Source: Spirochaetaceae bacterium (lineage in GTDB: Bacteria > Spirochaetota > Spirochaetia > Treponematales > Breznakiellaceae). From it: a stretch of DNA of 26,598 nucleotides. Location: positions 1 to 26,598 of the forward strand of contig JAITKQ010000016.1 of NCBI GenBank assembly GCA_031278295.1, written 5' to 3'. Position numbers and translations under genes: made by a program. Each line of letters begins with the position of its first letter. Position 1 is the stretch's first letter. The notes below the pieces were generated by a model. The model ran no database searches and was not told where the DNA came from. It worked only from the letters and a program-made list of their open reading frames with translations. Shown here piece after piece: positions 24,837 through 26,598 of this stretch.

Positions 24837-26598
24837 GTGAAAAAAATAGAACTGCTCGCGCCGGCCGGTAGTGTAGAAGCCCTCAACGCGGCCGTAAACG
24901 GCGGCGCCGACGCTGTTTACCTGGGGTTGAAAAACTTTAACGCCCGCCTGCGAAGCGTCAATTTTACCTACGCACAGTTTGAACGCGCGTTGCGAAGCCT
25001 TCACCGCGCCGGGCGCAGGCTTTATGTCGCCTTGAATACGGTTTTTGAACAGCGTGAAGCGGACCGCATGTACCAGACCCTGAAGTATTTGTCAAAGTCA
25101 GGCTGCGACGGAATCATCGTTCAGGATTTTGGCGTTGTGCAGATGGCGCGTTCCCATTTTCCGTCTCTGAAAATACATTCGTCTACACAAATGAATGTCG
25201 CCTCGTCAAAGGCGGCCAATTTGCTTTCAAAAGAAGGCCTTACCCGCGCCGTTCTTGCCAGGGAACTATGTTTTGAAGAAATAAAAGCGATACGCGAAAA
25301 TACAAACATTGAGTTGGAAGTTTTCGTTCACGGTGCCATCTGCGTAAGCGAATCGGGGCTCTGCCTTTTTTCAAGTTATCTGGGCGGAAAATCGGCAAAC
25401 CGCGGGATGTGTACGCAGGCGTGCCGCCGGCTTTACCTTACCGGGGGCAAGGAGGGCGCGTACTACTTTAGCCCGCGCGATCTGCGCTTGCTGGAAAAAC
25501 TTCCGGCTCTTGTAAAAACCGGTATAAACGCTTTCAAGGTTGAGGGGCGCATGAAGAACGCCGGCTATGTGGGCTGCGTCGTAAGCGCGTACCGCACGGT
25601 GCTTGACGCGCTTTTAAGCGGCGGCGGGGATGATGCCGTGCGCGACAGCATGGTTTTGGCGGGGAAGCTACTGGAAAATGATTTTGCCCGGCAAAAAACG
25701 GTATTCCATTTTGACGGTACTGATGATGCGGGCGCGTGGTTGAACCCTGCTCAGGACGGGGGAACCGGGGTAAAACTGGGTACTATCAGCGAAATACGGA
25801 ACAAAGGCGGCCTGCGCCTCGCGTTGATCAAACATGGGGGGGACGCAACCCGCGCCGTTACGCCCAAACCGGGCGACTCGCTACGCATACACCGCGCGGA
25901 CGATTCCGGACGCACGGCCTATAAGGTAGGGTATGCCGGGGCCGGAACGGACGCTTCTTTTTGGACTGATGTGCCGGCGGGTTTTGGAGCGGGCGACAGC
26001 GTTTACCTGATAAGTGTAAAGGAAACGGCGCGGCGCGGACGGCCTGTATTGGGGAAAGACGGGGGTGATAAACATGTTTCCGGGCAGCCTGGTTTCGAAA
26101 AAGCGCCGGCTATAAAATTCCCGGTCATAAAAAAAGAAGCGCGGAAAGATTTTCCCGAAGGCCTGTACGTTTCCGTTTCACGTATCGAGGAAATGTATAC
26201 GGTGCAGTCTGTAAAGCCCGCGGCGCTTATACTTTCCGCTTCCGGCGGAAACATAAAGCGCCTGTTGAACGAAAAAAAACCGCTGCCGTTTAGGGCAAAA
26301 GATACAATTCTGTCACTGCCGCCTTTCTTTGCGGAAAGCGAAGCGGCATTTTACGGGGAGGCGCTGGACAGACTCGCCGGGGCGGGGTATTCGCGTTACA
26401 TGATAAACAACCTCGCCCATATACCGTTTTTTAAAAATAAAAACACGGCTTTGATTTCCGGGCCCTGCCTCTATGCCTTTAACCGCTTTGCCGTTTCTTA
26501 TTTGTCCGCCCATCAGCTATACTTTTTTGTTACGCCTCTGGAAAACAACAGGCAGAATCTGGAACGTACTTTTGGCGTGAACGAGCGGGGCGGGGTTT
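24837..26598 (+). CDS. U32 'peptidase' family protein (large, RlhA/TrhP-like Fe-S hydroxylation protein), runs off the 3' end of the window; not in the supplied ORF track
   Basis: VKKIELLAPAGSVEALNAAVNGGADAVYLGLKNFNAR, IIVQDFG, IHSSTQ, VLAREL, EVFVHGAICVSESGLCLFSSYLGGKSANRGMCTQACRR, FKVEGRMK; same frame at the window end (FFVTPLENNRQNLERT). Confidence 0.9.
   Translation, partial: MKKIELLAPAGSVEALNAAVNGGADAVYLGLKNFNARLRSVNFTYAQFERALRSLHRAGRRLYVALNTVFEQREADRMYQTLKYLSKSGCDGIIVQDFGVVQMARSHFPSLKIHSSTQMNVASSKAANLLSKEGLTRAVLARELCFEEIKAIRENTNIELEVFVHGAICVSESGLCLFSSYLGGKSANRGMCTQACRRLYLTGGKEGAYYFSPRDLRLLEKLPALVKTGINAFKVEGRMKNAGYVGCVVSAYRTVLDALLSGGGDDAVRDSMVLAGKLLENDFARQKTVFHFDGTDDAGAWLNPAQDGGTGVKLGTISEIRNKGGLRLALIKHGGDATRAVTPKPGDSLRIHRADDSGRTAYKVGYAGAGTDASFWTDVPAGFGAGDSVYLISVKETARRGRPVLGKDGGDKHVSGQPGFEKAPAIKFPVIKKEARKDFPEGLYVSVSRIEEMYTVQSVKPAALILSASGGNIKRLLNEKKPLPFRAKDTILSLPPFFAESEAAFYGEALDRLAGAGYSRYMINNLAHIPFFKNKNTALISGPCLYAFNRFAVSYLSAHQLYFFVTPLENNRQNLERTFGVNERGGV

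Noticed and set aside
1-26598. tRNA, rRNA, riboswitch or integrase genes
   Set aside because: No cloverleaf, rRNA signature, recognisable aptamer or recombinase motif seen by eye; a covariance-model scan was not possible.

Overview
26.6 kb of a GC-rich bacterial chromosome, most likely a host-associated spirochaete (Treponema/Breznakiellaceae-like; inferred from spirochaetal lipoboxes, the GGGVY beta-helix surface protein and gene content). Left end: two in-phase arrays of a self-complementary 22-bp tandem repeat (33 + 9 units, rich in GATC and CTAG) separated by a 110-bp hairpin-bearing spacer, then a multi-hairpin element. Then a 1796-aa surface lipoprotein with 36 GGGV beta-helix repeats and a recent 487-bp internal duplication, an internally deleted flavoprotein pseudogene, a phosphoribosyltransferase, rnhB, a CHASE2-like/degenerate nucleotide-cyclase membrane protein, a lipoprotein divergent from clpC, a P-loop NTPase-moeA-PflX-like radical SAM operon, an AT-rich islet (IS5 remnant + methyltransferase-like gene with an internal G14 tract), a large GH13 alpha-amylase-family protein and a 5' partial U32-family gene that is missing from the ORF track. 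Several genes appear to be leaderless. No rRNA, tRNA, CRISPR array or intact mobile element was seen. The least explained feature is the 22-bp array locus.
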